Notes under the pieces: generated by a model
Database searches by the model: none
Told to the model about the DNA's origin: nothing
Seen by the model: the letters and a program-made list of their open reading frames with translations, nothing else
Position numbers and translations under genes: made by a program
From: Thermofilum adornatum
Lineage (GTDB): Archaea; Thermoproteota; Thermoprotei; Thermofilales; Thermofilaceae
Length of the DNA stretch: 32,000 bases
NCBI RefSeq assembly: GCF_000446015.1
Contig: NC_022093.1
Span: 390,001-422,000, forward strand
Reading direction: 5' to 3'
Shown here: in pieces, positions 1 through 8,929 of the stretch
How positions within the stretch are numbered: the first letter of the stretch is position 1
How the letters are laid out: the number at the start of each line of letters is the position of its first letter

Positions 1-187
1 CCATTAGATATTTCTCGATATCTTTTTCCTCTACGCATCCCTTGCGAAGCCCGATCCAAGGCACTTTTCTACACCACGAACTATGACAGCTAATTATAAT
101 GTGCCAAGAGTATATAAAAGGATACCCATCTTTTCTTCGGGAACAATAGGCACAAGATTTAAAATCCACGAAGAGGAAAACATGTAT

Positions 188-245
188 AGAAATGATGACC
201 CATTGCAGCACAGATAGATGAAGAAAAGGTTTCCGGCCTGATCCC
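188..245 (+). ncRNA. candidate box C/D sRNA
   Basis: C box ATGATGA at 192-198, then a 12-nt guide region, D' CAGA at 211-214, C' ATGAAGA at 218-224, a 13-nt guide region, and D box CTGA at 238-241. A TATA-like ATTTAAAAT at 157-165 lies about 25-30 nt upstream. The region is ORF-free. Ends are approximate. Confidence 0.4.
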
Positions 246-296
246 TGCAAAAATATTCTCAATAAAAAGAAAAAGGACTTTGAGAAACAACGGCGG

Positions 297-785
297 CTAG
301 ACGCGTCTTCCTCTTCTGCCGCCAGGCTTCCTAATGCTGTCCGTGGGTAGCGGCGTGACGTCCTCTATCCTGTCTACCATTAGCCCAGCTCTTACAAGAG
401 CCCTTATTGCTGGCCCAGCGCCTGGTCCAGGTGTCTTGGGGCCGTAGCCTCCTGGAGCCTTTATCTTTACGTGTACAACTTTTATGCCCTTGTCAAGCGC
501 GGTCTTAGCCGCCTTGATGGCCGCCTGCATTGCTGCCCACGGGGAGGGCTTGTCCCTGTCTGCCTTTGCAACCATTCCTCCAGATGCGAAGGCAATTGTC
601 TCAGAACCAGAGAGGTCGGTAATGTGGATAATGGTGTTGTTGTAGCTTGCATAGATCCAAGCTATGCCGACGTCTCCCCTTACCTGTTTTGAAGAGCGCT
701 CTTCGCGTTTTTCTTTTTTCTCCTGCTTCTCGGCTGTTTCCTCTACTTTTTCAGTAGTTTTCTCGACTTCTTTTTCTTCGGCCAT
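297..785 (-). CDS. rps11: 30S ribosomal protein uS11, with a Lys/Glu-rich N-terminal extension
   Basis: The translation contains [32 protein letters not shown] and KIKAPGG, which are typical of uS11. It sits in an S13-S4-S11 cluster with 2-nt gaps. Confidence 0.95.
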   Translation of the reverse strand: MAEEKEVEKTTEKVEETAEKQEKKEKREERSSKQVRGDVGIAWIYASYNNTIIHITDLSGSETIAFASGGMVAKADRDKPSPWAAMQAAIKAAKTALDKGIKVVHVKIKAPGGYGPKTPGPGAGPAIRALVRAGLMVDRIEDVTPLPTDSIRKPGGRRGRRV

Positions 786-787
786 AG

Positions 788-1297
788 TTACGCACCTGCC
801 TGAACCTGTTTAGCTATTGGTGAACCCTCATAATAGCCTATTAGGTTTTCTTCTTCCCTACTGACAAGGTAGCCTGGGCTCCTCACGCGGCGCGAGTTTA
901 TAGCAATGTGACCGTGCGTAATCAATTGGCGGGCCTGCCTGATTGTCTTTGCAAGCCCCTTCCTGTAGACTATTGTTTGGAGCCTGCGCTCCAGGACATC
1001 GCGGACAGTTAGGCTCAGGACGTCGTCCAGGCTGGCGTCTTCGCTTGGAACCAGGCCCATTTTGTATAGCCTCGAGATCAATGGTTTCTCGAGCTGTATC
1101 CTTTCTTCTTGTGGAAGTGCAAGAAGCCTTCTTGCCTTTGCCCTTATCTCCCTGAGCAACGAGCGGGCTATCCAGAGCTCCTTTTTGTTCCTGAGGCCGT
1201 ACTCACCTACTAGTTGCATTTCTTCCATTAGGGTTTCTTTTCTCCATGGATGTGTTGGTCCCTGCCACTTCTTCCTTGATTTCTTAGGGTCACCCAT
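788..1297 (-). CDS. rps4: 30S ribosomal protein uS4
   Basis: The N-terminus [21 protein letters not shown] and the S4 RNA-binding domain ([20 protein letters not shown]) match uS4. Gene-order context also agrees. Confidence 0.95.
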   Translation of the reverse strand: MGDPKKSRKKWQGPTHPWRKETLMEEMQLVGEYGLRNKKELWIARSLLREIRAKARRLLALPQEERIQLEKPLISRLYKMGLVPSEDASLDDVLSLTVRDVLERRLQTIVYRKGLAKTIRQARQLITHGHIAINSRRVRSPGYLVSREEENLIGYYEGSPIAKQVQAGA

Positions 1298-1299
1298 AC

Positions 1300-1776
1300 C
1301 TACTCACCTTTCTTCTGCTGTTGTGGGGTTTCTTTTCCACGCTTTACACCCACTGTTAGACCCGTCCTACCAGTTGTCCTTGTCCTCTGTCCTCTAACCT
1401 TCAAGCCGAGCATGTGCCTTGTGCCTTTATAGCTCTTGATCTTCTTCATGAACTCGATGTCGTTTCTAACTGTTATGAGGAGATCCGAGGTTATTAGGTG
1501 CCTGTCTACCCCGAGGAACGGGTCTTTCCTACGGTTAAGCATCCAGGCCGGTAGTCCAAGCTTCTCGATTTCCCTTAGTGCATTGGACAGTTTCTCTATT
1601 TCCTCGTCGTAGAGCGTTCCAAGAAGCCTCTTGGGGTCTAATCCAAGCTTTATGGCGACTGCTTGTGCGGTTGACACGCCTATACCTTTTATGTCGGCTA
1701 GCGCATACGCTAACGCCTTGTCTCCTGGGAGGTCTACCCCAGCAACACGGACTATGTATTTGAACTCACTAGACAT
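1300..1776 (-). CDS. rps13: 30S ribosomal protein uS13
   Basis: [26 protein letters not shown] and a basic C-terminal tail match uS13. On the minus strand, an A/T-rich TATA-like stretch (TTTTTATTTATAG) lies about 25-30 nt upstream of the ATG. Confidence 0.95.
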   Translation of the reverse strand: MSSEFKYIVRVAGVDLPGDKALAYALADIKGIGVSTAQAVAIKLGLDPKRLLGTLYDEEIEKLSNALREIEKLGLPAWMLNRRKDPFLGVDRHLITSDLLITVRNDIEFMKKIKSYKGTRHMLGLKVRGQRTRTTGRTGLTVGVKRGKETPQQQKKGE

Positions 1777-1916
1777 ACATTCCCTTAGCTTTGATTTATC
1801 TATAAATAAAAATTTTTCTTTTTCTTTTGTCTTCCCTGGGAAACTGCTCTATGGAAAAAGTCCTGAAAATTAGTCTAGGAGTGAAGCGTTGAGCCAAACA
1901 TTTGGGAGGACAAGAG

Positions 1917-2004
1917 TGGCGCCGGGGCCGGGATTCGAACCCGGGCACCCTTTTGGGGTAGTGGATCTCAAGTCCACCGCCTTGGTCCACTCGGCCACCC
2001 CGGC
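1917..2004 (-). tRNA. tRNA-Ser (anticodon UGA), long variable arm, encoded CCA
   Basis: The reverse complement folds as acceptor GCCGGGG/CCCCGGC, anticodon stem GTGGA/TCCAC with loop CTTGAGA, a 16-nt variable arm, and T arm CCGGG-TTCGAAT-CCCGG. Total length is 88 nt. Confidence 0.9.
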
Positions 2005-2108
2005 TATGAATAAGCTTTCTCTGGATACTTATTAAGTTTATCGCGTCTGTATGTTTTTCAGTGTCTGGCGGGAAACATTTATCCAGCTCGACGCCATAGC
2101 TAGATGCA

Positions 2109-2981
2109 ATGGAAAACGTGGTATTCCGCAGGACATCCACCATTGAGGACTACAAAGGCGTCGTCGAAGTTATGCGTGAGGCATGGTCCATGGAGACAAG
2201 CGAGATCGTCCCGGTACATGTTCTTAAGGCTGTAGACGAGAGTGGAGGATTTTTGCTCCTGGCAGAATCCAATGGAAAAGTCGTTGGCTTCGCTCTGGGG
2301 TTTATAGGGTACAGCGAGGAATATGGATACTATCTATACTCACACATGCTCGGCGTTTTGCCCGAGTATAGGGGGACCGGTATTGCCCAACAACTAAAAT
2401 TGTTACAGAGAGAGTGGGCATTGTCGAGAAAATATGACCTCGTCACTTGGACATTTGACCCTCACCAGGGCAGAAACGCCAGGTTTAACTTTGGGAAGCT
2501 CGGTGTCATCGCGCGGAGATTTTACGTGGACTACTATGGCGAGCTACATGACGAGCTTAACCGTGGATTGCCGACTGACAGGTTTATGGTGGAGTGGTGG
2601 ATTAATAGTAGGAGGGTTAGGGAGAGGCTAAGTGGAAAGTATACGCCTCCATCTTTTGATGAGATTGCTGGGGAAGCATATTTTCCCATAAAAACGGCTA
2701 GAAATGGCGTGGTGAGGATTGCGACCAGTCTTGAGGTCGCAGAAAAAGACCTTGTTGCACTAGAGTTCCCATACGACATTAACAAGCTTAGGGACATTGA
2801 CCTGGAGTCTGCCATAAAGTGGAAGCTCCTTTTTAGGGACGCTGTCCGCTTCTATCTTTCCCGGGGATACATAATATGTGAACATGTTCTGGGAAACATA
2901 GACGGCGAGCCACGCAACTTTTATCTTGTAGTAAAGTCTAGTCTTGACGAGGTTTTGGAGGGGAATTGTCTGTGGAGATAA
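2109..2981 (+). CDS. GNAT-superfamily N-acyltransferase (two-domain type)
   Basis: It has a GNAT-like acyl-CoA binding motif (LGVLPEYRGTGIAQQLKLL). The 3-prime end overlaps the next gene by 16 nt. No specific substrate can be inferred from sequence alone. Confidence 0.75.
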   Translation: MENVVFRRTSTIEDYKGVVEVMREAWSMETSEIVPVHVLKAVDESGGFLLLAESNGKVVGFALGFIGYSEEYGYYLYSHMLGVLPEYRGTGIAQQLKLLQREWALSRKYDLVTWTFDPHQGRNARFNFGKLGVIARRFYVDYYGELHDELNRGLPTDRFMVEWWINSRRVRERLSGKYTPPSFDEIAGEAYFPIKTARNGVVRIATSLEVAEKDLVALEFPYDINKLRDIDLESAIKWKLLFRDAVRFYLSRGYIICEHVLGNIDGEPRNFYLVVKSSLDEVLEGNCLWR

Positions 2982-4084
2982 GGAGGCTGGAACTATTTTA
3001 TCTCAGGATGAAGCTCCGAGACGAATTTAGGACTAGTTTCGGAAGTGTCCAGGAGAGGCCCGTTGTACTTGTACGTGTGGAGGAGAAGGGGGGCGAGGAG
3101 GGCTGGGGCGAGCTCGTCGCAGACCATGGGCCATGGTATAGCTATGAAACATACGACACATCGTCAACTATTATCCGCAACTTTATTGCCCCAATCGTCC
3201 TCCAGAGAGAAATCCAAGACGTCTACGATTTTCACGCGGCAGTGTCGAGGATAAGGGGCTACCCGATGGCTAAGACGGCTGTCGAGGAGGCTCTCCTCGA
3301 CCTTTATGGCAGGCTTGAGGGGAAAAGCATTGCAGATATCGTTGGTGGGGTTCGGAAAGAGATAGTCTCAGGTGTAAGTATAGGCATAAAGAGGAGCATT
3401 GACCAGCTCGTCTCAGAAGTTGAGACTAGGCTTGAGGAGGGCTACAGGCGTATCAAGATAAAGATAGAGCCCGGCCACGACGTTGAGCCAGTAAAGGCCA
3501 TCAGGGATAGGTTCGGAGACATACCTCTACAGGTCGACGCCAATGGGGCCTACACGTTGAGGGACATGCAGGTCTTAAGAAAGCTTGACAACTATGGTTT
3601 ACTCATGATTGAACAGCCACTTGCATGGGACGACCTGGTAGAACACAGCATCCTAAGCCGCAAGCTCACTACACCTATCTGCCTAGATGAAAGCATCAAG
3701 ACGCTGGGAGACCTCCTAGTAGCATACAAGCTGGGCTCATGCGAAATAGTTAACGTAAAGCCTGCAAGGGTAGGCGGGATACTGAGGGCAAAAGAAATCC
3801 TGGAAACCGCGGCGAGGCTGGGCATCGGCGCGTGGATAGGGGGAATGCTGGAAACGGGAGTTGGGAGGGCTTTCCTAGTGGCGCTAGCATCCCACCCGGC
3901 AGTCAATTACCCCAACGACATCTCTGCCTCAGACAGGTACTGGGAAGAAGACATCGTTGAGCCCCCGTGGAAACTGACAAGCAATGGGACACTGGAAGTA
4001 CCAAGACAGAAGGGAATAGGTGTAGAGGTTAGAACAGACCTTATTGAAAAATCCTTGGTGGAGAAATGGTCTGCCACGAAGTAA
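2966..4084 (+). CDS. enolase-superfamily enzyme, o-succinylbenzoate synthase / N-acyl(succinyl)amino acid racemase subgroup
   Basis: Catalytic and metal-ligand pattern: KIKIEPGHD (KxK), QVDANGAY, MIEQPL, ICLDESI, VNVKPARVGG. The start is TTG at 2966 or GTG at 2972, since the conserved N-terminal strand IRRLELF follows immediately. Confidence 0.85.
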   Translation: MSVEIRRLELFYLRMKLRDEFRTSFGSVQERPVVLVRVEEKGGEEGWGELVADHGPWYSYETYDTSSTIIRNFIAPIVLQREIQDVYDFHAAVSRIRGYPMAKTAVEEALLDLYGRLEGKSIADIVGGVRKEIVSGVSIGIKRSIDQLVSEVETRLEEGYRRIKIKIEPGHDVEPVKAIRDRFGDIPLQVDANGAYTLRDMQVLRKLDNYGLLMIEQPLAWDDLVEHSILSRKLTTPICLDESIKTLGDLLVAYKLGSCEIVNVKPARVGGILRAKEILETAARLGIGAWIGGMLETGVGRAFLVALASHPAVNYPNDISASDRYWEEDIVEPPWKLTSNGTLEVPRQKGIGVEVRTDLIEKSLVEKWSATK

Positions 4085-4551
4085 TTGTCAGCGTTGAAAG
4101 TGGCCACGAAAACAGGGTTGCAAGAGACTTGTTAGACTTGTTATTCCCATACGACACGTCGGTCAATCTCAAGGAAAAAAAGGCCGGAAAAATAATCCTA
4201 AACACATGTATCAACGCAGAGGCTCTAGCTAGTGTTCTCAAGAAATATCCAGTTAGACATTTACTCAAGGTAAAATTCGTAGTTAGGCGGATAGCGGGTA
4301 GCGACATCAACAAGGTTGTCGAAGAGGTAGTGTCTTTCTTTACACAAAACAGGGTTCCTGTTGGGAAGATATCCGTAAGGCTTGGGAAACTAGAAGGGTG
4401 GAAACAAGAATTTTACACACAGATAATGGAAAGACTAAGAAAGGCTGGACTCCTAAACACGAACAAGGGTACCTATACCATCGAAGTAGATGAACACGGC
4501 GATGTCCTGCTCACGGAAGTGGTATACACACGCGAGAGTCCAAAAACGTAG
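4066..4551 (+). CDS. hypothetical protein, possibly THUMP-like RNA-binding fold
   Basis: A 161-aa ORF whose ATG overlaps the upstream gene by 19 nt. The N-terminus (EVIVSVESGHENRVARDLLDLL) resembles small archaeal THUMP proteins, but that assignment is from memory and is weak. Confidence 0.5.
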   Translation: MVCHEVIVSVESGHENRVARDLLDLLFPYDTSVNLKEKKAGKIILNTCINAEALASVLKKYPVRHLLKVKFVVRRIAGSDINKVVEEVVSFFTQNRVPVGKISVRLGKLEGWKQEFYTQIMERLRKAGLLNTNKGTYTIEVDEHGDVLLTEVVYTRESPKT

Positions 4552-4639
4552 GAGCTCCTCTAGATTCTCTCGTACCAAAACATTAATTATTCTATGCATT
4601 GTTTTTTCTGGGAAATATCTGTTTAGGAGAGACGGATAG

Positions 4640-5950
4640 ATGTCTATGAGTTTCAATGGCTACTTTAACGGTAGAAGGATAATACTAGACGAGCGAAAAC
4701 TTAGCAATGAATATGTTCCAGTCAAGCTTCCACACAGAAGAACACAGATCGAGGAAACATTAAGTATTCTCCAGGACGTGTATAGGGGGCAAAAGAAAAT
4801 CCTAAGGACGGTTATCTATTCGGGACCCTCGGGTACGGGGAAGACAGCCGTTGCGAGAAGCATAGGTAAAGAGATCAAGGAGAAATCTGACCAGGGAAAA
4901 ATGCCTCCAATACTTGTAAGCTATATAAATGCGCATGAATATCGAACAAAGTTCCAAGTATTGAGGAAGCTTGGAAACGATAGTGGTCTAGATATCCCGA
5001 GAAGGGGATTCTCATCTGAAGAGCTAACACAGTATGTCTTAAATTTCATCGATAGGCGCGGCCACAACTTAATCATTATACTCGACGAGGCCGACATTAT
5101 CGCAAAACTGGGGGACGGAAACGACTTGCTATATGTTTTTTCACGTCTAAACGAGATACTGCCAGAAATAAGAATGGGGGTGGGTCTAATAGTTATCTTT
5201 AGGCAACTAGAGGAAAGCCTCGAATACCTCGACAAGGCAGTTGTTAGCTCCTTGTCTGCAAGGGTAGTCCGTTTCGACCCGTATACTTCGAGCCAGCTCG
5301 AAGACATACTGTGGTCCAGGATACAGGCTGACAAGGCGATCAAAGAAGAGGCCGTCTCGGAGGAAATCATATCCATGATTGCGGATACCGTTGGATACGT
5401 TCCAGAGACAAAAACGGGTCTAGGCGACGCGAGGATATCGCTAAAGATCCTGTATTATGCCGCACTCAAGGCAGAGGAAGAGGGCAAAGACGTAATCCTG
5501 CCTGAACACGTTAGATACGTTATGAATAAGGGTGTTCTCCCTAGCTATATAGACGAAGAGATGATAGAGAAATTGTCTCTACACGAAAAATTGATCCTCC
5601 TAGCTGTAACTGAGCTCCTCTTGGCCGAAAAAGAAAAAGCATACGTAAACATGGGAACCGTGGTTCTCCAATACGAGGACGTATGTAATAGGTTTGGCGA
5701 AAAACCACTGAAATATACAAGGGTATGGGAAACTGTTCAAATGCTCAAGAAGCTGGGATTCATAGATGCTAGGATCGGCAGGAGCACGTATAGGGGCAAA
5801 ACCACGCTGATTTCGATTCCAAACGCCAGCGAGAATAGCGAGGTCGGGATAAACAGGATTCCTCTAAGCGTACTAGAAAAGATACTCAGAGATTCTATCA
5901 GTAGAGAACTCAATGCGAGGCAACGGGGAGAAAAGCCTCCTCAAGAATGA
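4640..5950 (+). CDS. cdc6: Orc1/Cdc6 replication initiator (AAA+ plus winged helix)
   Basis: N-terminal YVPVKLPHRRTQIEE, Walker A GPSGTGKTAVA, Walker B IIILDEADI, sensor-2 GDARISLKILYYA, and a C-terminal winged-helix segment (LSLHEKLILLAV). Confidence 0.9.
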   Translation: MSMSFNGYFNGRRIILDERKLSNEYVPVKLPHRRTQIEETLSILQDVYRGQKKILRTVIYSGPSGTGKTAVARSIGKEIKEKSDQGKMPPILVSYINAHEYRTKFQVLRKLGNDSGLDIPRRGFSSEELTQYVLNFIDRRGHNLIIILDEADIIAKLGDGNDLLYVFSRLNEILPEIRMGVGLIVIFRQLEESLEYLDKAVVSSLSARVVRFDPYTSSQLEDILWSRIQADKAIKEEAVSEEIISMIADTVGYVPETKTGLGDARISLKILYYAALKAEEEGKDVILPEHVRYVMNKGVLPSYIDEEMIEKLSLHEKLILLAVTELLLAEKEKAYVNMGTVVLQYEDVCNRFGEKPLKYTRVWETVQMLKKLGFIDARIGRSTYRGKTTLISIPNASENSEVGINRIPLSVLEKILRDSISRELNARQRGEKPPQE

Positions 5951-7206
5951 GCCTTTTCCTCTGTTTTGAAAACAACGTTTATCTTGTTTTCTGGGATGCC
6001 TAGGCTTCTCAGAATCATTTTTCCTTCTTCTTCGTCTTCCTCTAAAATTACCTGGAGATATGGCTGGACTTCTGTCCGGAACTTTGAAGTGGACACATGT
6101 AGCCTGCTAGACGCCTCCCTTACTACTTTTCTGTACTCTTCAAACTTCTCTTTTTGACGCGCAAGGATCCTTATTTTTTCTGGAAAAGAGTACTTGACAA
6201 ACTTGAATGGTGGGCGTTCCCTAGAGCTAGACACTCCGGCTGTCATAAGTTCAAGCGCATATGAGAGGAGGGACCACTGTTGTTCACGTTTCATCCTTGA
6301 CAACATTATATCTGCCCACGAGAGTGCATTGTAGGCGTCTGCAATGGCTTGGAGGCTTTGTTCGTACTGGTATGGGATGTTTTCGCTTAGCCACTGGAGG
6401 AGCATTTCATAGTCAAGAGACGGCAACCTCGTCACGCTTAGAGCCTGTTCAGGGCTCTTAGCTGTTAGGACGGTCCTAACTATCTCGAACATGTTTTCCT
6501 GTTCAGCCCTGTCGCCCAAAACCTGTAGGTCTGCAACGCTTAGGGTTTTCTTGCCTAGCGCTATAGACTGCAAGTCATTGATTGCGGCCCTTAGGTCGCC
6601 CTTAGAGTTGTCGGCTATAGCTGAGAGAACCTCTTTGGGGCACTCGATTTTTTCCTTTTGGCATATCGATTCGAGAACCTTTACCACGTCTCTCTTCCCA
6701 ATCTTCTTGAACTCAATGAGCTCGCATGCGTCGCGGAGTGTCCTGAGCTTGGGGTCCCAGGGGTCATTGGCTGTCAGAACGATGGGCCACCTTGTTTTCT
6801 CTATTAGCTCTAGGATGGCTTGTAGCCCCCCAGCGTCTTCCCGGGTGGATATGCCGTCAACCTCGTCTAGGAGTATGATTTTTCCCTGGTAGCCGAAGAC
6901 GGAGCCCGTGTCTAGGGCTCCCGAGACCCTTTGTCTCAGAGCCTCCCTGGACCTTACGTCGCTTGCATTTAGCTCGATTAGTTCCCAGTTGAATTCGCGT
7001 GCCGTCGCGTGGACTATGCTTGTTTTGCCGCTTCCAGGCGGCCCGTAGAGTAGGGCGGCTTTCTTCTGGGGCTTGCCTCTAAGCCAGGCATTAATCCATG
7101 CCACATACTTCTTTTTGGCGTCCTCGTTGTTTACTACTTCGGCTATCTTGCTTGGACGGTACTTCTCGACCCATGGAACCTCTAGTCGAGGCTCACTGGT
7201 AGACAT
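5941..7206 (-). CDS. rfcL: replication factor C large subunit
   Basis: VPWVEKYRPSKIAEVV, LLYGPPGSGKTS and ILLDEVDG match RFC-L. It lies 6 nt downstream of rfcS. Confidence 0.92.
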   Translation of the reverse strand: MSTSEPRLEVPWVEKYRPSKIAEVVNNEDAKKKYVAWINAWLRGKPQKKAALLYGPPGSGKTSIVHATAREFNWELIELNASDVRSREALRQRVSGALDTGSVFGYQGKIILLDEVDGISTREDAGGLQAILELIEKTRWPIVLTANDPWDPKLRTLRDACELIEFKKIGKRDVVKVLESICQKEKIECPKEVLSAIADNSKGDLRAAINDLQSIALGKKTLSVADLQVLGDRAEQENMFEIVRTVLTAKSPEQALSVTRLPSLDYEMLLQWLSENIPYQYEQSLQAIADAYNALSWADIMLSRMKREQQWSLLSYALELMTAGVSSSRERPPFKFVKYSFPEKIRILARQKEKFEEYRKVVREASSRLHVSTSKFRTEVQPYLQVILEEDEEEGKMILRSLGIPENKINVVFKTEEKAHS

Positions 7207-7212
7207 CTCGGC

Positions 7213-8190
7213 TTATCCCTTCTTGGACTTGTTTGCAAGGACTGCAAGCTTTGACAGCAACGCCATTAATTGTATCTCGTCATCTGAGCCCTCGACAATC
7301 CTGTAGTTTGCCTCGGCAACTAGGACGAGCAGATCTGCTAGTGTTGCTTCGTCAAGCTTGATTGATTTCTGTGAGAGAACCTCCCTATGTATATACCTTA
7401 TGATGTCGATTCCCGACAATCCGTAGTTGTAGAGGAGCACCCTTAGCTTGTCTCTGGCACCTATAATGTCTCCCCTCAAGGCGCTTTCGATCATTTCCTT
7501 GACTTCCCTAGGCTTTACACGGCCCAGCGCCGCGTATACAACTTCCTCTGTGACGTTCTTGCTTATCGCTGACGCCGCCTGTAGCGTGTTTATCGCTTTG
7601 CGTAGGTCTCCCTGGCTCTCCTCCCATATTGCTTCAAGGGCCTGCTCGTCGACTGTTATCCCCTCATTCTTCGCTATCCATTTCAGCCTGCTGAAGGCGT
7701 CGCCCTTGGGCAGTGGCTGGAAGCGGAAAACCGCGCATCTCGACTGTATAGGCTCAATAATTTTGGACGCATAGTTGGCTATCAGTATGAAGCGAGTGTT
7801 CTTCGAGAAAAGCTCCATTGTCCGCCTGAGTGCCTGCTGGGCGTCCCCAGTCATGTTGTCGGCTTCGTCAAGTATGACGAGCTTGAATGGGACGTCTCCT
7901 AATGGGAGTGTACGCGCGTAGTCCTTGATCCTGCTCCGGATCACGTCTATGCCTCTCTCGTCGCTCGCGTTGAGCTCGAGGGTATTGTCGCGCCAATAGT
8001 CCCCGTAGAGGTCGTGGGCCAGCGCGAGGGCGGCAGTGGTTTTTCCAGTACCAGGCGGGCCGGCAAAAAGGAGGTGCGGCATGTTTTTCTGTTTGACAAA
8101 TTCTTTCAGCCTCTTCACGATTTCTTCTTGGTCAACAATTTCGTCGAGACTTCTCGGCCTATATTTTTCTACCCAAAGCTCTTCAACCAT
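7213..8190 (-). CDS. rfcS: replication factor C small subunit (no intein)
   Basis: LWVEKYRPRSLDEIV, FAGPPGTGKTT, VILDEADNMT and the SRC motif PIQSRCAVFRF match RFC-S. Confidence 0.95.
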   Translation of the reverse strand: MVEELWVEKYRPRSLDEIVDQEEIVKRLKEFVKQKNMPHLLFAGPPGTGKTTAALALAHDLYGDYWRDNTLELNASDERGIDVIRSRIKDYARTLPLGDVPFKLVILDEADNMTGDAQQALRRTMELFSKNTRFILIANYASKIIEPIQSRCAVFRFQPLPKGDAFSRLKWIAKNEGITVDEQALEAIWEESQGDLRKAINTLQAASAISKNVTEEVVYAALGRVKPREVKEMIESALRGDIIGARDKLRVLLYNYGLSGIDIIRYIHREVLSQKSIKLDEATLADLLVLVAEANYRIVEGSDDEIQLMALLSKLAVLANKSKKG

Positions 8191-8269
8191 AAACGCTCAC
8201 ACTGATACGTATGTTGGTGAAAAATATAAGTATATTACACAAAAAAGGCTGAAACTCCTGGAGAAGCTT

Positions 8270-8872
8270 TTACCTTGCGGCTAGTGCTACACGCTCGATT
8301 TCTTCCTTCTTGCGTATCGCGTAGCTGTTGGCATCTCCGTATGCCGCGGCGACAATCTCGTCGGCTAGACACTCTTCAATTGTTTTGGGATTGTTCATTG
8401 AGCAGGCCCTTGCGCCTTCAGAGATAAATCTTAGCGCTAGGTCTACCCTTCTCTGCGGCGAGACGTCTACTGACACGTGGTAGAGGATACCACCGTAAAC
8501 AACTCTGGTTGTTTCTTCGCGTGGCGACGCGTTCTCAATTGCCCATACAAGGACCTGTATGGGGTTCTTGCCCGTCTTTAGTTCGATGATTTCAAAAGCC
8601 CTTTTCACAATGTTGAGCGCGAGCATCTTTTTGCCTGCGTTTCTCCCGGGTCTCATCAGGTTGTTGGCAAGCCTCTCGACGACTGAGACCCTCGACTTTG
8701 CGAATCTCTTCTTTGCGTGTCTTCCCTCTGTGTGGGGGACAAGGACAGGCTTCAGTGATAGGTACCTCTTTAGGCTTTGGTCCCTAATTTCTACGTCACG
8801 CGTGCTCCACTTGTCAAATATCTTGATTTCCTCGCCGTCAAGCGTTGATATGAACTGGTCGCCTTCAGCCAT
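8270..8872 (-). CDS. rps7: 30S ribosomal protein uS7
   Basis: The translation is typical of archaeal S7 ([48 protein letters not shown]). A TATA-like AAAGTTATATTTTT lies upstream on the minus strand. Confidence 0.93.
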   Translation of the reverse strand: MAEGDQFISTLDGEEIKIFDKWSTRDVEIRDQSLKRYLSLKPVLVPHTEGRHAKKRFAKSRVSVVERLANNLMRPGRNAGKKMLALNIVKRAFEIIELKTGKNPIQVLVWAIENASPREETTRVVYGGILYHVSVDVSPQRRVDLALRFISEGARACSMNNPKTIEECLADEIVAAAYGDANSYAIRKKEEIERVALAAR

Positions 8873-8929
8873 TTACTCTCCCACCACTTGCATTTTGAGA
8901 AAAATATAACTTTTTCGCTTTGACGCACG

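Noticed and set aside
1-120. Possible partial genes at the left edge: a plus-strand frame ending at 93 (…ALFYTTNYDS*), or a minus-strand ATG at 38 reading out of the window (MRRGKRYREISN…).
   Set aside because: Both are too short within the window to identify or to choose between, so no feature is called.
1796-2143. A 115-aa minus-strand ORF.
   Set aside because: It spans the tRNA-Ser gene and its promoter region, and the translation has no recognisable features.
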